A DNA stretch of 64,000 nucleotides, from assembly GCF_018350175.1 (NCBI RefSeq), contig NC_058368.1, forward strand, positions 9,672,001 through 9,736,000, given 5' to 3'. Below, one piece after another: positions 1-12,086 of this stretch. The notes beneath the pieces are model-generated. The model had not been told where the DNA came from. It did no database searches and saw only the letters and a program-made list of their open reading frames with translations. Source of the stretch: Felis catus. Lineage: Eukaryota. Both the position numbers and the translations under genes were made by a program. Positions within the stretch are counted from its first letter, which is position 1. Each line of letters opens with the position of its first letter.

Positions 1-62
1 TGATTGGGATCCTCTCCCTCCCTCTCTCTCTGTCCCTCCCCTGCTCTCTGTCTCAAAATAAA
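1..62 (+). mobile_element. CAN-SINE 3' end (truncated by window edge)
   Basis: (CT)n region followed by caaaataaa tail. Confidence 0.8.
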
Positions 63-89
63 TCAGCATAAAAACATAAGAATTATTGA

Positions 90-572
90 CATCATGAACC
101 CCTTGGTCTGACGCCCTGAGAAGTGCACATCACTTCTATGGTGTTCTTGCTAAAAATTCATGAAAAATCAACAGGCAAACCCAAATCCAGGGACACTCTA
201 CAAAATAACTGACTGGTAGTCAAAATAACTGACTGGTAGTTTTGTTGTTGTGGTTGTTTTCAATAGTGACAAAATCATGAACAACAAGGAAAGACTGAGG
301 AACTGTGACAGACTGGAGGAGATTGAGGAGAAATGGCAATTAAATGCAGTGTGCGATCCTGGGGAGGGGCCATCAGTGAAAACAACTGGCAAACTCCCTC
401 TAAACCTATAGTTTAGTTAATAGTATTTGTACCAAAATTAATTTCTTAGTTTTTGTCATTGTACCAAGATTCTAGAAGACGTAAACACTAGGGGAAGCTC
501 GGTGAGGGATATACGAAAACCCTCTGTGCTATTTTCACTCTTCTGTAAGCCTGAAATTATTGCAAAATAAAG
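90..572 (+). mobile_element. Ancient L1 3' UTR fragment (L1MC-like)
   Basis: Typical old-L1 terminus ...ccctctgtgctattttcactcttctgtaagcctgaaattattgcaaaataaa. Confidence 0.75.
201..240. repeat. Perfect 20 bp tandem duplication
   Basis: caaaataactgactggtagt x2. Confidence 0.95.
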
Positions 573-604
573 GTTGTGTGTGTGTTTTTTAAAGTACATA
601 CTAT

Positions 605-712
605 GGGGCGCCTGACTGGCTCACTCGAAAGAGCATGCGACTCTTGATCTCGGGATCGTGAGTTCGAGCCCCACATAGGGTGCAGAGATTACTCAAATAA
701 ATAACTTTTGAA
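605..712 (+). mobile_element. Short tRNA-derived CAN-SINE
   Basis: ggggcgcc head, A/B boxes, A-rich tail, TSD aaagtac(a/c)tact. Confidence 0.85.
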
Positions 713-1341
713 AAAGTACCTACTGTGGTAAAATGTCATTTTACATCCTTAGCTGACCTGTCACAGCGAGGTACCTCCGATGTGTACTCACGGATGCACG
801 TGGCACCAGTACTTAATCCTAATGGCGAATTCTGGTGCCTGGACCCGCTGGTTGGCTGATTCTCCCCGCTACATCGGCCAACAGGTTTGGCCAGAATTCC
901 GAGGCCTTGGACTTTGCTGGCTGAGAAAAAGGGGAAAGGGAGCAAACGGCCAGGGGGTAGAGCGGCTTTCAGCTCCCACCCTGCAGAGCTCCGACCTCAA
1001 CCTCTCCGGAAGCCACTCCTCTTGGGTCTGAAAGATCACAGAAGGCATAGTCTAGGTGGGAACTAGACCATCTGTTTATGCCCTCGGAATTGTAAAAGCG
1101 ATCCCCGTGTTTACAAACCCGAGCTTACATGTCACGTTTGTTGGGCAATAACTAAGTAGCTGCCAGGCCGTGGCAGGGTTTCTCCCCTTCAGACGCTCCT
1201 CCCCGAGGAAGCAGGTCAGGTCCTGAAAGGTGGTTCTCAATCGCACTGTTTATCACCCCGGTTGCCGACAAGGAGTTTCCACTTGCAGCCCTCAGACTGG
1301 GGGCCGTCAGACAGGAGTGTTTCAAGATCAAGCACATGCAC

Positions 1342-1563
1342 GGGAGGCCTGGGTGGCTCAGTTGGTTGAGCCCCTGACTCTCCATCTCCGCTCAGGTCAC
1401 GATCCCAGGGTTGTGGGATGGAGCCCCGCATTGGGCTCGGCACTGAGTGCAGAGCCCGCTTGGGACTCTCTCTCTCCCTCTGCCCCTCTCCCCCGCTCAC
1501 GTTCTGTCTCTCTAAAATAAAAATTTTAAAGTATATATTTAAAAAATTGTGTTAATAAATAAA
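1342..1563 (+). mobile_element. CAN-SINE
   Basis: tRNA-like head, (CT)n, A tail, TSD atcaagcacatg. Confidence 0.9.
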
Positions 1564-2296
1564 ATCAAGCACATGTTCCCCCCTCTTGGCCGATAGATGT
1601 TCCCCCTGGCATATTTTCCCCAACAAAGCTGTTCTTCACTGCATCGAAAACACATTAAGGGAGAGAAGATCTGCAAATATTGTGGGAATCTCCTTAACTT
1701 GTATCCACCGCCCCCCTAGACTCTGAAGTCAGGCACTTCAAAGGGGCCTTGTAAGGAGGAAATATCCATGGCCTGGGGCAAGCAAATCATCACTCCGGCC
1801 TCTGTTTCTGCAAAATCCTGGTCTGCTCCTGAAGGAGGCTGGTAGGCTCTTTGTGGACGGGAGCCTGCAAGCCATGGCACTTCGAACCCTTTCGTTTTTG
1901 TCTATTGCCTGTCCTATTTCTTGCTGATTACCGACTGCAGAAGCAAGGCAGCTTCTATATATTACACAGTTACCCTTTGTCCCTTAGAACCTCCTCTAAT
2001 GTTGAAGGACTCAGTCCACACACAAGGGCAACATTCACTATTTTTTTCACTGATTTCCATTTTTTTTTAAATGATCTCTTGTTTGGGATTGAATGTATTA
2101 GTAAGCCCTTATGTGCCCCTACATGATGGGGTTAAAAATGTTTGCAAAACACCTCGGGCTGAGCCTGAGCAGAGCAAGCACACTGTAGACCGACGGGCTC
2201 GTGGCCAAGACCCCTGATGGGGCATTGGCAGCGAGCACAGCTTTTTCAGGACGGCCGAACTTCGTTGATAAAACCGTGCAAGACCTCAAGAAGGAT

Positions 2297-2370
2297 GATC
2301 CTGGGGTTGTGAGTTTGAGCCCACACTGTGCGTGGAGCCTACCTAACATAAAAAATAAAATTAAAAAAAG
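2297..2370 (+). mobile_element. 5'-truncated short CAN-SINE
   Basis: B-box part gttgtgagtttgagccc and A tail. Confidence 0.6.
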
Positions 2371-2499
2371 AGCAAGAAGGAGGCTCTAAATTGCTGCCTG
2401 ACACCCTGTTTCCGGAATCAGCCAAGCAGGAGGTTGACACAATTATCCGGACAATCTGAGCAGAGATCTACTTATCTACATTAAAAACCATCATCATCA

Positions 2500-2673
2500 G
2501 GGGCGCCTGGGTGGTTCAGTAGGTTGAGCGTCCGACTTCGGCTCAGGTCATGATCTCACGGTTCATGGGTTCGAGGCCCCATATGTGCTGACAGCTTAGA
2601 GCCTGAAGACTGCTTCAGGTTCTGTGTCTCCCTCTCTCTCTGCCTTTCCCCTGCTCTCTCTCTCTCTCTCTCT
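2500..2673 (+). mobile_element. CAN-SINE lacking A tail
   Basis: ggggcgcctgggtggttcag head through (CT)n. Confidence 0.9.
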
Positions 2674-2674
2674 A

Positions 2675-3060
2675 ACACTCATTCCCATATTGCAAATACA
2701 GAAACCAAAACACGGATAGGTAAAGTAACTTTTATTTTAACTTTTTTTTTTTTTTAACATTTATTCATCTTTGAGATGACAGAGACAGAGCATGAGTGGG
2801 GGAGGAGCAGAGAGAGAGAGAGAGACACGGAATCTGAAGCAGGCTCCAGGCTCTGAGCTGTGTCAGCACAGAGCCCAAAGCGGGACTCAAACTCACTGAC
2901 CGCGAGATCATGACCTGAGCCAAAGTCGGACGCTTAATCGACTGAGCCACCCGGGCGCCCCAGTAAAGTAACTTATCCAGAGTCACACAGCTAATTAAGA
3001 GCAAAGCTGGGATTCAAACCGGGGTCTCTGACCACAGACATCTTAGCCACCAAGCTGAAC
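2675..3060 (-). mobile_element. MIR interrupted by a SINE
   Basis: MIR core aagtaacttatccagagtcacacagcta...ctgggattcaaacc. Confidence 0.7.
2732..2961 (-). mobile_element. CAN-SINE
   Basis: Reverse SINE, TSD gtaaagtaactt. Confidence 0.92.
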
Positions 3061-3315
3061 CGTTCAGGTGACCACCTCCGTCTCAGGTTAACTGGCCGGA
3101 GCAATGAATATGCTTCCATACCCAAGCATGCCTTCTTCCTCACAATATTCTCATGGAGCAGGGCTGGCACCGTGAGCCCTGTGTCTACCTTAGAACATTC
3201 CCACTGTGAGTCACCTCCCTGTGACAGCCAAAAGCCACTCTGTCTCCCGACCCGACCCCTTAAGAACCAACGCAACAGGAAGCTACGGGTGGCCATCCGT
3301 AGACAGGGTTCAGGA

Positions 3316-3524
3316 AGTGGCTCTCAACCAGGGGCAACGTCGCTTCCCGGGGACATTTAGCAACGCGTGAAGGTATGTTCGATTACCACAACGGGGGGTG
3401 CGGAGGAGGAGGAGTATTAAACGGCAGCCGGGGATGCTACTAACCATGGCACGAGCCAGCCTCTCCACTCCCCCACCTCCAGTCCGGCCCCGGTGTCGGA
3501 TGGTGTAGAAGTTGGGAGACCCTG
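3316..3524 (+). mobile_element. MER20-like hAT-Charlie MITE
   Basis: Ends agtggctctcaaccagggg...gttgggagaccctg, internal ggggacatttagcaa. Confidence 0.8.
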
Positions 3525-4184
3525 AGCGAAAGGAGTCAGTCCTGCTCTTCAACCCTTGTCCCCGGCCTGGCCTGGGATCACTGCTACTGCAGGCAGGAAG
3601 CTGTATCAGACGGGTTATCTCACCTGCCGGGGAGATGCTACTGCCTGCATGTGGGGCTTTCTCCATCCGGCTAATTAGTGCATTTGCGGATTGTCTGAAC
3701 GGACAGCCTCCTCTCCCCGGTAAACAGCACGTTGGCAAGCCAGTCCACACTCAGAACACTGCCCTGACAAGCTAAGCAAGCGATTCAACAAGGTGACTCT
3801 TGTTGCTGCGCGGAATAAAGGCGGGTGGCATATTCTAGGGGCAATCGTGGGGTGGCGGGGGGCGGGAGGGGGAGAGAAGTGTGACATTGACAAGGTTAAA
3901 GGGGCTTTGACAGGTAAAGCAAGGAAAGAGCATTACCAGCAGAGGGGAAGAGAGGAACTTTAAAGCTGGTCAGGGAATCCTGTTGGCCCCACTCCCTAAT
4001 TATTTTAGCAGGCGATGAGATCATCCTCCACGAGAGCGGACGCAAAGAAAGGGGAGCTATAACCAGATACCAGATACCGCTGCAAATAAAGTTGGCTTCA
4101 CTCCAGAGCCTAAAACAAGACGCGTGCGGCGTTCGCTTCGTGAAAAGTTTAAGGTCAGAGTTCTGTCACGAAAGCACCCGCCTG

Positions 4185-4400
4185 GGGAGTCAGACAGACC
4201 TGGTTCCGAGTCCCCGCTTTGAAATGCCCTCGCCACGCAACTCCCGGCAGAAAACAATCTCTCTGCACCTTGTGCCTCATCTGCAGAGCGGAACTACTCG
4301 CAAGAGCCACTCGGGGTCGTCCTGGGAAGTACAGGGTGTGATGTGTGTGTGACACGGGCACTTGGTGGTGCTGGGCACAGAAAACCCGCAGGGTAAAGTA
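4185..4400 (+). mobile_element. MIR
   Basis: ggagtcagacagacctggtt...cctcatctgca...ctgggcacag. Confidence 0.65.
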
Positions 4401-4880
4401 TACACGGAATAAATGCCCTGACCCAGCCTCTCCCCTCCTCCCTTCCCTTGCACGTGTAGAGAGGGAGGTTGGTTTTCCCCCCAAGAGCCTGGTTGGGTGA
4501 AGTCGATGTGCAAGGGGCGGAGTCAGAGCCCAACAGAGCTGTATTAATGGAATTTACTTTTACAAATCATTCCCGCGAGATGTCCAGATAAGCAAGCTTG
4601 CCTGAAACAAGGATCTTTGACTCTAGGACCCAGAAAAGGACTCCCTGCAATACACTTAATATGCACCCAGGGTCACTAGAAACAGGTTTACCGTGAAGCT
4701 GATGAAAAGGAAGCTCCAGGCCTCTCACCCGGGCAGGAGCCCCAGCAACGCATTCACGGCCATTGGCTTTTGTAAACTTGGCGGTGGGAAGATACTCTGA
4801 CCTTGACTGCTTAAGATCGCTGCCTCTTTCTACTCTGACTTCCCTTGGGCCACACTTCCCCTCCTTTTGGGTGACTCTGA

Positions 4881-5149
4881 AAAAAAAATTTTTTTTAATG
4901 TTTATTTGTTTTTGATGTTTATTTATTTTAATGTTTATTTTGTTTGAAGCAAACAAATAATGTTTATTTTTGACAGAGCACTAGTGGGGGAGGGGCAGAG
5001 GGAGAGGGAGACACAGAATCCGAAGCAGGCTCCGGACTCTGAACTGTCAGCGCAGAGTCTGATGGATGTGGGGCTCGAACCCATGAACCAGGAGATCACG
5101 ACCTGAGCTGAAGTCAGATGCTCAACCGACTGAGCCACCCAGGTGCCCC
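4881..5149 (-). mobile_element. CAN-SINE
   Basis: Reverse SINE, TSD gggtgact. Confidence 0.92.
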
Positions 5150-5699
5150 TGGGTGACTTTGGAGTGGCCATGGGTATTTTGGGGGATCTGGCTAAGAGGA
5201 ATTAGGAGCTAGAGATACTGCTACTTTGGGTTCAGGTTATGTTTTAAATTTTATATATTTACAGTTCAGTTACTGCTAATTGTTCTGGAGCAGGGAAGGT
5301 TGCCAGCACCATTCCTACGGCCCACTGGGTTGACCCACCCGGCATGGAGATATGAAGGCTCAGATCCAGAGGTCACATCACAAGTTATGTGTCCCGTGGT
5401 TTCTGGCACCACGGGTAGCGTGGCCCGGGGGAGGAAAATCAAGATGTGGCATAGACACAACCAAAACAGACTAGTTAGAAGCTGGCCTGGGGAAAACTTT
5501 TCCAACCATCAAACTTCACAACTAACTGTAGGCACACTTAAAATTGATAATTGGTCAAGATGAATTTGAGACCACCTAAGAAACACGCCCCCCAAAATAT
5601 AGGATACAAAGGATATCAGAGGTGAATATCTGATATATGATAAGCAAATATGCTTATATGCAAATATGCTTATATGATAAGCAACTAAGAAGTATGTTT

Positions 5700-5812
5700 C
5701 TGAATTTGAGGATACTTTAATACCTAATTTTGTATTTATAATTTTATATTCCCTTCAAAAGGGGCTCTCACATCCTATAAGCTTCGGGCTGTACAAAACC
5801 TGGGTCCATCCC
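5700..5812 (-). mobile_element. hAT DNA transposon end (MER53/BLACKJACK-like)
   Basis: Reverse complement reads gggatggacccaggttttgtacagcccgaagcttata...aatacaaaattagg. Confidence 0.55.
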
Positions 5813-6399
5813 TTAGAGTCACCTACTTTTATCTTTTTCAAGAGGGTAGAATGGGGGAGTGGGGGGGAGTGAGAATGGAGACAATAAAACTCCCTCACTA
5901 AATTTCCTGAAATAATTACAGCCTAGTCAGTGAATCTAGAAAACTGGAAATTCCTTATGTATCCGTTCTATCGGGAAGGATTTAAATAAAGTAAATATAC
6001 AAGGCTCCAGACTATTCTGGTGGATTTTCTTGCAAGGCTGAGCACATACCGCACGGCGTTTGGGGGGAAAGTACTTTTTCATAACGTGAAATAAAACACA
6101 CCTAGCCTTAAAAAAAAAAAAAAAAAAAAGTTAGTTTTGTTTCTGCTAAAATCTTTTATCTGTCCTTTATCTACCCCTTGCCTCCAGCAGAGATTCTAAA
6201 CTCTATTCACGCTCGCTATGGTCGCTTGTACACCCAAATAAAACAAACTCAGCTGGATCATTCGTTTTTGAAAGCACAGAGCAACACCCCACAAGCTGGA
6301 GAAAGTGAAAGAACTTCTTTCTAAATTCAGCCGCCCGAACAAGGAAACATTCAGGTAGGCAGCGTCCTTCCAGTCTCTGTTCCCACCACGTGAAGACTT

Positions 6400-7130
6400 A
6401 AAGGAACCACGCTCTGGAGGCTGGTCTTCCTTTCCATGAAAACGCCAGCAGAAGTGCCCACGAGCTCGCCCTGCCTTTTCCCACCCCCTCACCCCTCCCC
6501 GCACGCCGTCGGCTCCTAGGAGCACGAGTTTCACAAGGAAGAGAAAATGTAGCGTTCTGCTAATTTCAGAACCGCGTCCTCCCCGTTCGCAAACGCCTGG
6601 GCCCCGCGCCCGAGCCGCCTGCCCCTCCCTCCGCGCAGCGCCCGGGACGCTGCAGCCCGCGCGGCTCCTCCAGGTTTGGGAAGCGGGTGACCCCGGGCAA
6701 GTTTGTCGAGTCGGAGCGGAACGACACCCGGGAGTACGTGTTGGCTCTTTTCCTCTCCTTGGAAAGCACTTAGCAAGCTTAAGGCACCCCCCACACACAC
6801 ACACACCCACCCTGTATACCTTCTCTTGCAGTGCTGCGTGGTTTACAAAAACAGAGCTCGTGTCTTTAAAACCTGCGTTTTCTCCCTGGGAGTAAGCATT
6901 AGTTAATGACTGCCAGCCGGTTTCTGTGTCTCGGCACCATGTGACCCGGCCACGTGACTTGGAGCCGGCTGTGGTTGTTCCTTGTATTTGAATAAAAAGA
7001 TCAAGCTTATTATCGCACTGAAAGCCTGCGGATCTCGCCCGTGCAACGTGATTCCCAGGCGGGTTACACAACGCGCTGCCGCCCTGGGCTCCGGCTCCCG
7101 GCGCCCAGCCTGTCTCCGCCCGGCGCAGGG
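6400..7130. promoter_or_regulatory. CpG island with E-box cluster
   Basis: High GC and CpG, repeat-free; CACGTG 6387 and 6951, CATGTG 6938, TACGTG 6735, AACGTG 7045. Confidence 0.8.
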
Positions 7131-9121
7131 AGCTGTTTGCTAAGGGACATAAAACAAACACGGTTTTATGGTTTCCAAAGTGAGAGTCCATTTTCCTCTT
7201 GGAAGACGCATGATGATCCTGAAAAAAGAAGAGACCCAATTCCTCGGAACCTTCTTACTAGGATAAGGTTAGGATCCCTAGTGCACGCATATAAATAAAG
7301 GGAAAAGGAGGAGATCCAGTCTCCTTTTCAACCGAAGATTCAGGATTTGGTTTGACCTTTCACTATTTTCCTGTCTCCCTCCCTGGAAAGTCTTCAACAC
7401 ACATTCTTGCCTCCTTAGAAAAAAATACAAACTAAAAGTGACATTTTGAAATTTAAAATGTAAATGGCATGTTCGTTCGGTGGGTTCCCCCACCCCCACC
7501 CCCGCCTGGAGATTTCTAGAACATTGGCAGTTAAATTTTGATTCACTGTATCCTGCAAAGGAGAGAGCGAAGGGATTAGTCTGTTTATAGGTGGGAAGAG
7601 CTGGGTGTCCCTTTGTAGGTTAGGGTGGTGGTGAGCACAGGTATGCAAACGTATGCAGATTTGCCTCCAAAGGGACCCAGCCCCCTCAGAAGGTGACATC
7701 CTTACTCTGCTCATTTTAATACTCCCCTCCCTTCCCCTCCCCCCCCCCCCCCCCCCAGTGCAATGTTTTGCTTCCGCCTGTCTCTAAGGGTAGTCTTCAG
7801 TGATGACTCAATTACAGAAGGACCCGGGAGGAACAATAACATTGGTTATCTCTAGCCCAAGGCCTTCTCCCCAGCAGCCCCCTTTCCAGCCGCGTCTGCC
7901 TTCTAGAACACGAGGCCAGCCCACTCTCCAGCACAGGCCAGATTTCAGCTGTGGATACTGACTGAGTGTGTCCTCCGGCTGGCACTATTCCAGGTGCTGA
8001 GGAAGCAGGCGTGAACAGGGAGCCTGCTCCCTGCAGCCGGGGGCCCTCACTCCGGGAGCGAGAATTATCTCCAAGAGGCCGAGCCCACGGGGCCTGTCCA
8101 GGCTGGGGGGAGCAGCCTGTCAGACTCCCTTCTGTGGTCCAGCCATTGCTCAGATGACAGGGCCACTGAAGACTAAATAATTGGCCAGCTGGTGCTTTGG
8201 AAACAGTTAAATCTTTGCTGGCGGATACAGGTGTGATCTTGTTTCTTGGACACCTCCTATTCAGCCCCGAAGAGTCCTTGCTCCCCGTTCCTGATCCCGC
8301 GCGGACCAGAGTCGTCGCGTAGACGTCTCACTGCAGCCGGCGGCCTGGCCAAAGATACGGCAGAAATGCCTAGTAGTGATGCCTCCTTGAGCTGTGATCG
8401 AGGCATCGCCCAGAATTCCAGCCGGAACATCTGCTCCCCTGCTCCCCTGCTTCTCCGCAGCCCCCCTTCAGAGGACACCCCAGCGACTCTGGCAGGAGCT
8501 ACCCGAAAGGCCAGACCGTCCACAGTGCTGGAGGAGTGAGGTATGGCCTTGGGCAGCCTTCCCAAGGACAAGATGCCCAAGGGCTAGGTATGGGGCAGCC
8601 CTGAGGTGGATCAGAGAGTGAAAGTGTTCTGAAATTGGCAGGGCTTCTGACATCCCGAATAAGGACTGGCCAGGGGGCAGGAAGGGGGAGACAAAGAGAA
8701 AGAATGTAGCTATCAAGGTTTCAATGAAATCTTGATCGGATTTCCAGGGTCATTGAGTGGGCACTCTTCTCCGTGGAATTAAACAGCACACCAAAGGAGA
8801 GGGAACGAGGCAAGTTCAAACAAAAGTCAGAGACGCAGCACGATGGTCAGCCGGCTGGGCGTGGTCCTTTATACCAGGACCTCAGAGAAGGTCCTCGGTA
8901 TCTGTGTGTGATAAGCAGGACCGATAACCAGACCCTCGTCACCCAGACGTGGCCTCCAGCCACCCCCAACCCTGACCTGTGCCATGGAAGGAGGGGCGGC
9001 TCACGCCGGAGGAAAGAAAGGCACAGGCACAGGCTCTGGTCCTGGGAACTCTGGGTATTTTGAACCTAATTCGTTCTCCCAGCCGATCTCAATAATAGTT
9101 CCCATAGTCCCTCGTTTTCCT

Positions 9122-9325
9122 GATCGGTCCATTGAGTGTCCGACTCTTGATTTCAGCCCAGGTCATGATCTCAGGGCTGTGGGAGAGCCCCACGTTGGAC
9201 TCCATGCTGAGAGTGAGCTTTCTTGATATTTCTCTCCCTCTGCCGCTCCCCCCACCACCCCGCTCATGTGCTCTCTCTGTCTCTCTCTCTGTAACATAAA
9301 AAATTTTTAAAAGAAAAGAAAAGAA
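9122..9325 (+). mobile_element. CAN-SINE (diverged)
   Basis: SINE body, (CT)n and A tail. Confidence 0.8.
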
Positions 9326-9547
9326 GACAATATAGCAGGTCCTCAAAAAAATTAAACGTCGAATTGCCATATGATCCAGCAATCCCACTTCTGGGTATAT
9401 ATCCACAAGAATTGAAAGCAGGGACTCACATATATATTTGTACACTCATGTTCATAGTGGCATTATTCACAACAGCCAAAAGGTGGAAACAGCCCAAGTG
9501 TTCATGGACGGATGGATACACGTACAATAGAATATTTTCAGCTTTAA

Positions 9548-9685
9548 GAACAAACTGAGGGTTGGTGGGGGGTGGGAGGGAGGGGAGGGTGGGTGATGGG
9601 TATCGAAGAGGGCGTCTTTTGGGATGAGCACTGGGTGTTGTATGGGAACCAATTTGACAATAAATTTCATATGTTAAAAAAAATA
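9548..9685 (+). mobile_element. Young felid L1 3' end, severely 5'-truncated
   Basis: gaacaaactgaggg...gggatgagcactgggtgttgtatg...gacaataaatttcat; flanked by direct repeat aatagaatattttcagctttaa. Confidence 0.9.
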
Positions 9686-9748
9686 AATAGAATATTTTCA
9701 GCTTTAAAAAGGAAGGAAGAGCGTCAGTCAGTTAAGCATCTGAATCTT

Positions 9749-9963
9749 GGGGCGCCTGGGTGGCGCAGTCGGTTAAGCGTCCGACTTCAGCCAGGTCATG
9801 ATCTCGCGGTCCGTGAGTTCGAGCCCCGCGTCGGGCTCTGGGCTGATGGCTCGGAGCCTGGAGCCTGTTTCCGATTCTGTGTCTCCCTCTCTCTCTGCCC
9901 CTCCCCCGTTCATGCTCTGTCTCTCTCTGTCCCAAAAATAAATAAACGTTAAAAAAAAAAAAA
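9749..9963 (+). mobile_element. Young felid SINE (SINEC_Fc-like)
   Basis: ggggcgcctgggtggcgcagtcgg...cagccaggtc; near-identical to other young copies in window. Confidence 0.95.
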
Positions 9964-10686
9964 GACAAATACTGTATAATTCCAATTATGTGAGAGACCT
10001 AGAGTCAAATTCATAGAAACAGAAAACAGAATGGTGGTTGTCAGGGGCTGGGTAGACAGGAGAATGGTGAGTCAGTAGTTACGGGGGACAGTTTTCAGTT
10101 TGGGAAGATGACTAAGTTCTGGAGATGAATGTTGGCGATTTACAACAGGTAAATGTACTTCATGCCACTGAAGAGGATGCTTTTTAAGATGTTATGAGGT
10201 TCAATTTGATATGGCGTGCCATTTGCCAAAATAAAAAAAAAAAAAAGGTGAAGGGTGTCAGAGTATCACCTACACATTTTTGGAGTTTCAGTTAGTCTCA
10301 AACCACCTTTGCCTTGTGTATTGTGCCCTGTGTATCTGCAGGATCCATGGGATGTCCTCACTGGTCCTAACCCTCCTGACGTCCAAGAAGATGAAATTAA
10401 AATGCGGCCACGTGGGCCGTGGTGCCATCTTGCTTGTCATTTAGCCTCGGTTCTGTGAAGCCCACAGCCCAGAGAGGTGAGGGCTCCTCCTTCATCGGGC
10501 CACCCTTTTCCTCACCCAGTCCCTTCAGCCCACTGGTCTGATTTACTAGAAAGAGAATCCGTGGCGTGGAAGAAGAAAGGTAATGGATCAAACTACTGCC
10601 TGACTAGATTTCACTGCCTCCAGTGGAAAATGTTTGAGATTTAGGATAAACGTTTTTGCTTGCACTAGTAAATTTTCTCTCACCTA

Positions 10687-10909
10687 TTTTTTAAAAAAAT
10701 TTTTTTTTCAACGTTTATTTTTTTGGGACAGAGAGAGACAGAGCATGAACGGGGGAGGGGCAGAGAGAGAGGGAGACACAGAATCGGAAACAGGCTCCAG
10801 GCTCTGAGCCATCAGCCCAGAGCCCGACGCGGGGCTCGAACTCACGGACCGCGAGATCATGACCTGGCTGAAGTCGGATGCTTAACCGACTGCGCCACCC
10901 AGGCGCCCC
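10687..10909 (-). mobile_element. Young felid SINE (SINEC_Fc-like)
   Basis: TSD tttctctcacctatt. Confidence 0.95.
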
Positions 10910-12086
10910 ATTTCTCTCACCTATTAACAGATTTCTCAGGTCATAGGAAATACTTGATGGAGTGTTAGCAAAACAGCTGGGCTTCAGGGGAAGCCCTTGA
11001 AGCCTTCCTTCTTCGAGAGAAGACGATCCCAGGAAGCATCAGAAGAGAGAGTAGAGACACCAAGTTTTAAATGTTCCCTGCCCTCGTTTTATGACTTAGC
11101 ATACAATAGGATAGTGCGTGGGACCGGAAACCATAAAGAATATTCTATTCTTATACGAAGCTTGTACTTCCTAACTCTAAGTAAACAAGGTCCGTTGAAT
11201 TTCTAGAAAAGAAGGATAATCCTCATTTGGAAAAACTCCAGGCCTCCTTGGAAGAAATAAGGCTGGTGGTTAGAATGGCCTTAGATTGGTGTCTATATTA
11301 ACTGCTAACAGTTGCCACAAGTAATCCATAAACATGAAAACAGGCCTCTATGGGGGACTTCTGTTGCAGCTTTACAGCAACTTGGTCCCTGCGTCCTCCT
11401 TCATCAGTCAGACCCCTACTGAGCTCGTGTTGAAGAACCTTAAGACGGAGGAAGAGTCTGTAGGGAAAGTGGAAGAAAGACTAAGCTGTAAATAAAGATC
11501 CTCGCTGCCTACCCTCTCATCGACCTGGTTCCTTGGCGATCATGACACTTGGAAGAGCGCTTACGTAGCTCCGTGCTGGGCACTTCACAAACGTTCACTT
11601 TACTGGGTGGCATCATTATGTTATTGTTGTTATGCTGGATGTCCCACAGGTCCAGCAGTCACATTTTTCAAGTCCCAAATTAAGAACTCGGGTGTAATAA
11701 GATCTGTACAGTATACTCAGGCAGAGGGCAAGATAGATTATTTCAATCCAATGCCGTCTGGAAAATTCCAGGCTGCGCGTAGCGGGGTCTCATGGGCTCA
11801 CCATTGACAGACTGCTCCAGCTAAGCTACGAAAGTCACCCAAGTTCCTAGAGCTTTGGGCTCTCCAAAGGTAGTATTTCATCCAAATACAAATCCTTGGC
11901 GGTTGCATTCAATTCAATTCGCAAATATTCGTTGAGCACCTAAGTGTAAAATATTGGGGTGAGTGTCACAAAGAATGGACAAATAAAAAGGGAATGGCCC
12001 AGTCTTCTCAGAAGCTCAGGGAGATGAAGGGATGGGCGGGCCCACCCTTGTGCTGAATGCTGGAGACTCAGGGGAGATCAGATTCA

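Larger units (their letters stand above)
9326..10245 (+). mobile_element. Old L1 3' region (L1MB-like), interrupted
   Basis: ccatatgatccagcaatcccacttctgggtatatatcca... through to A tail. Confidence 0.85.

Noticed and set aside
605..712. tRNA-like sequences (also 14880-15022 and 21283-21375)
   Set aside because: Have A-rich tails (TSDs seen at 605 and 21283) and lack an intact cloverleaf; they are tRNA-derived SINEs, not tRNA genes
6196..7239. 347 aa minus-strand ORF, the longest in the window
   Set aside because: Spans a CpG island and a (CA)n run; R/G/A-biased, non-ATG start, no recognisable domain; stop scarcity is expected in GC-rich DNA
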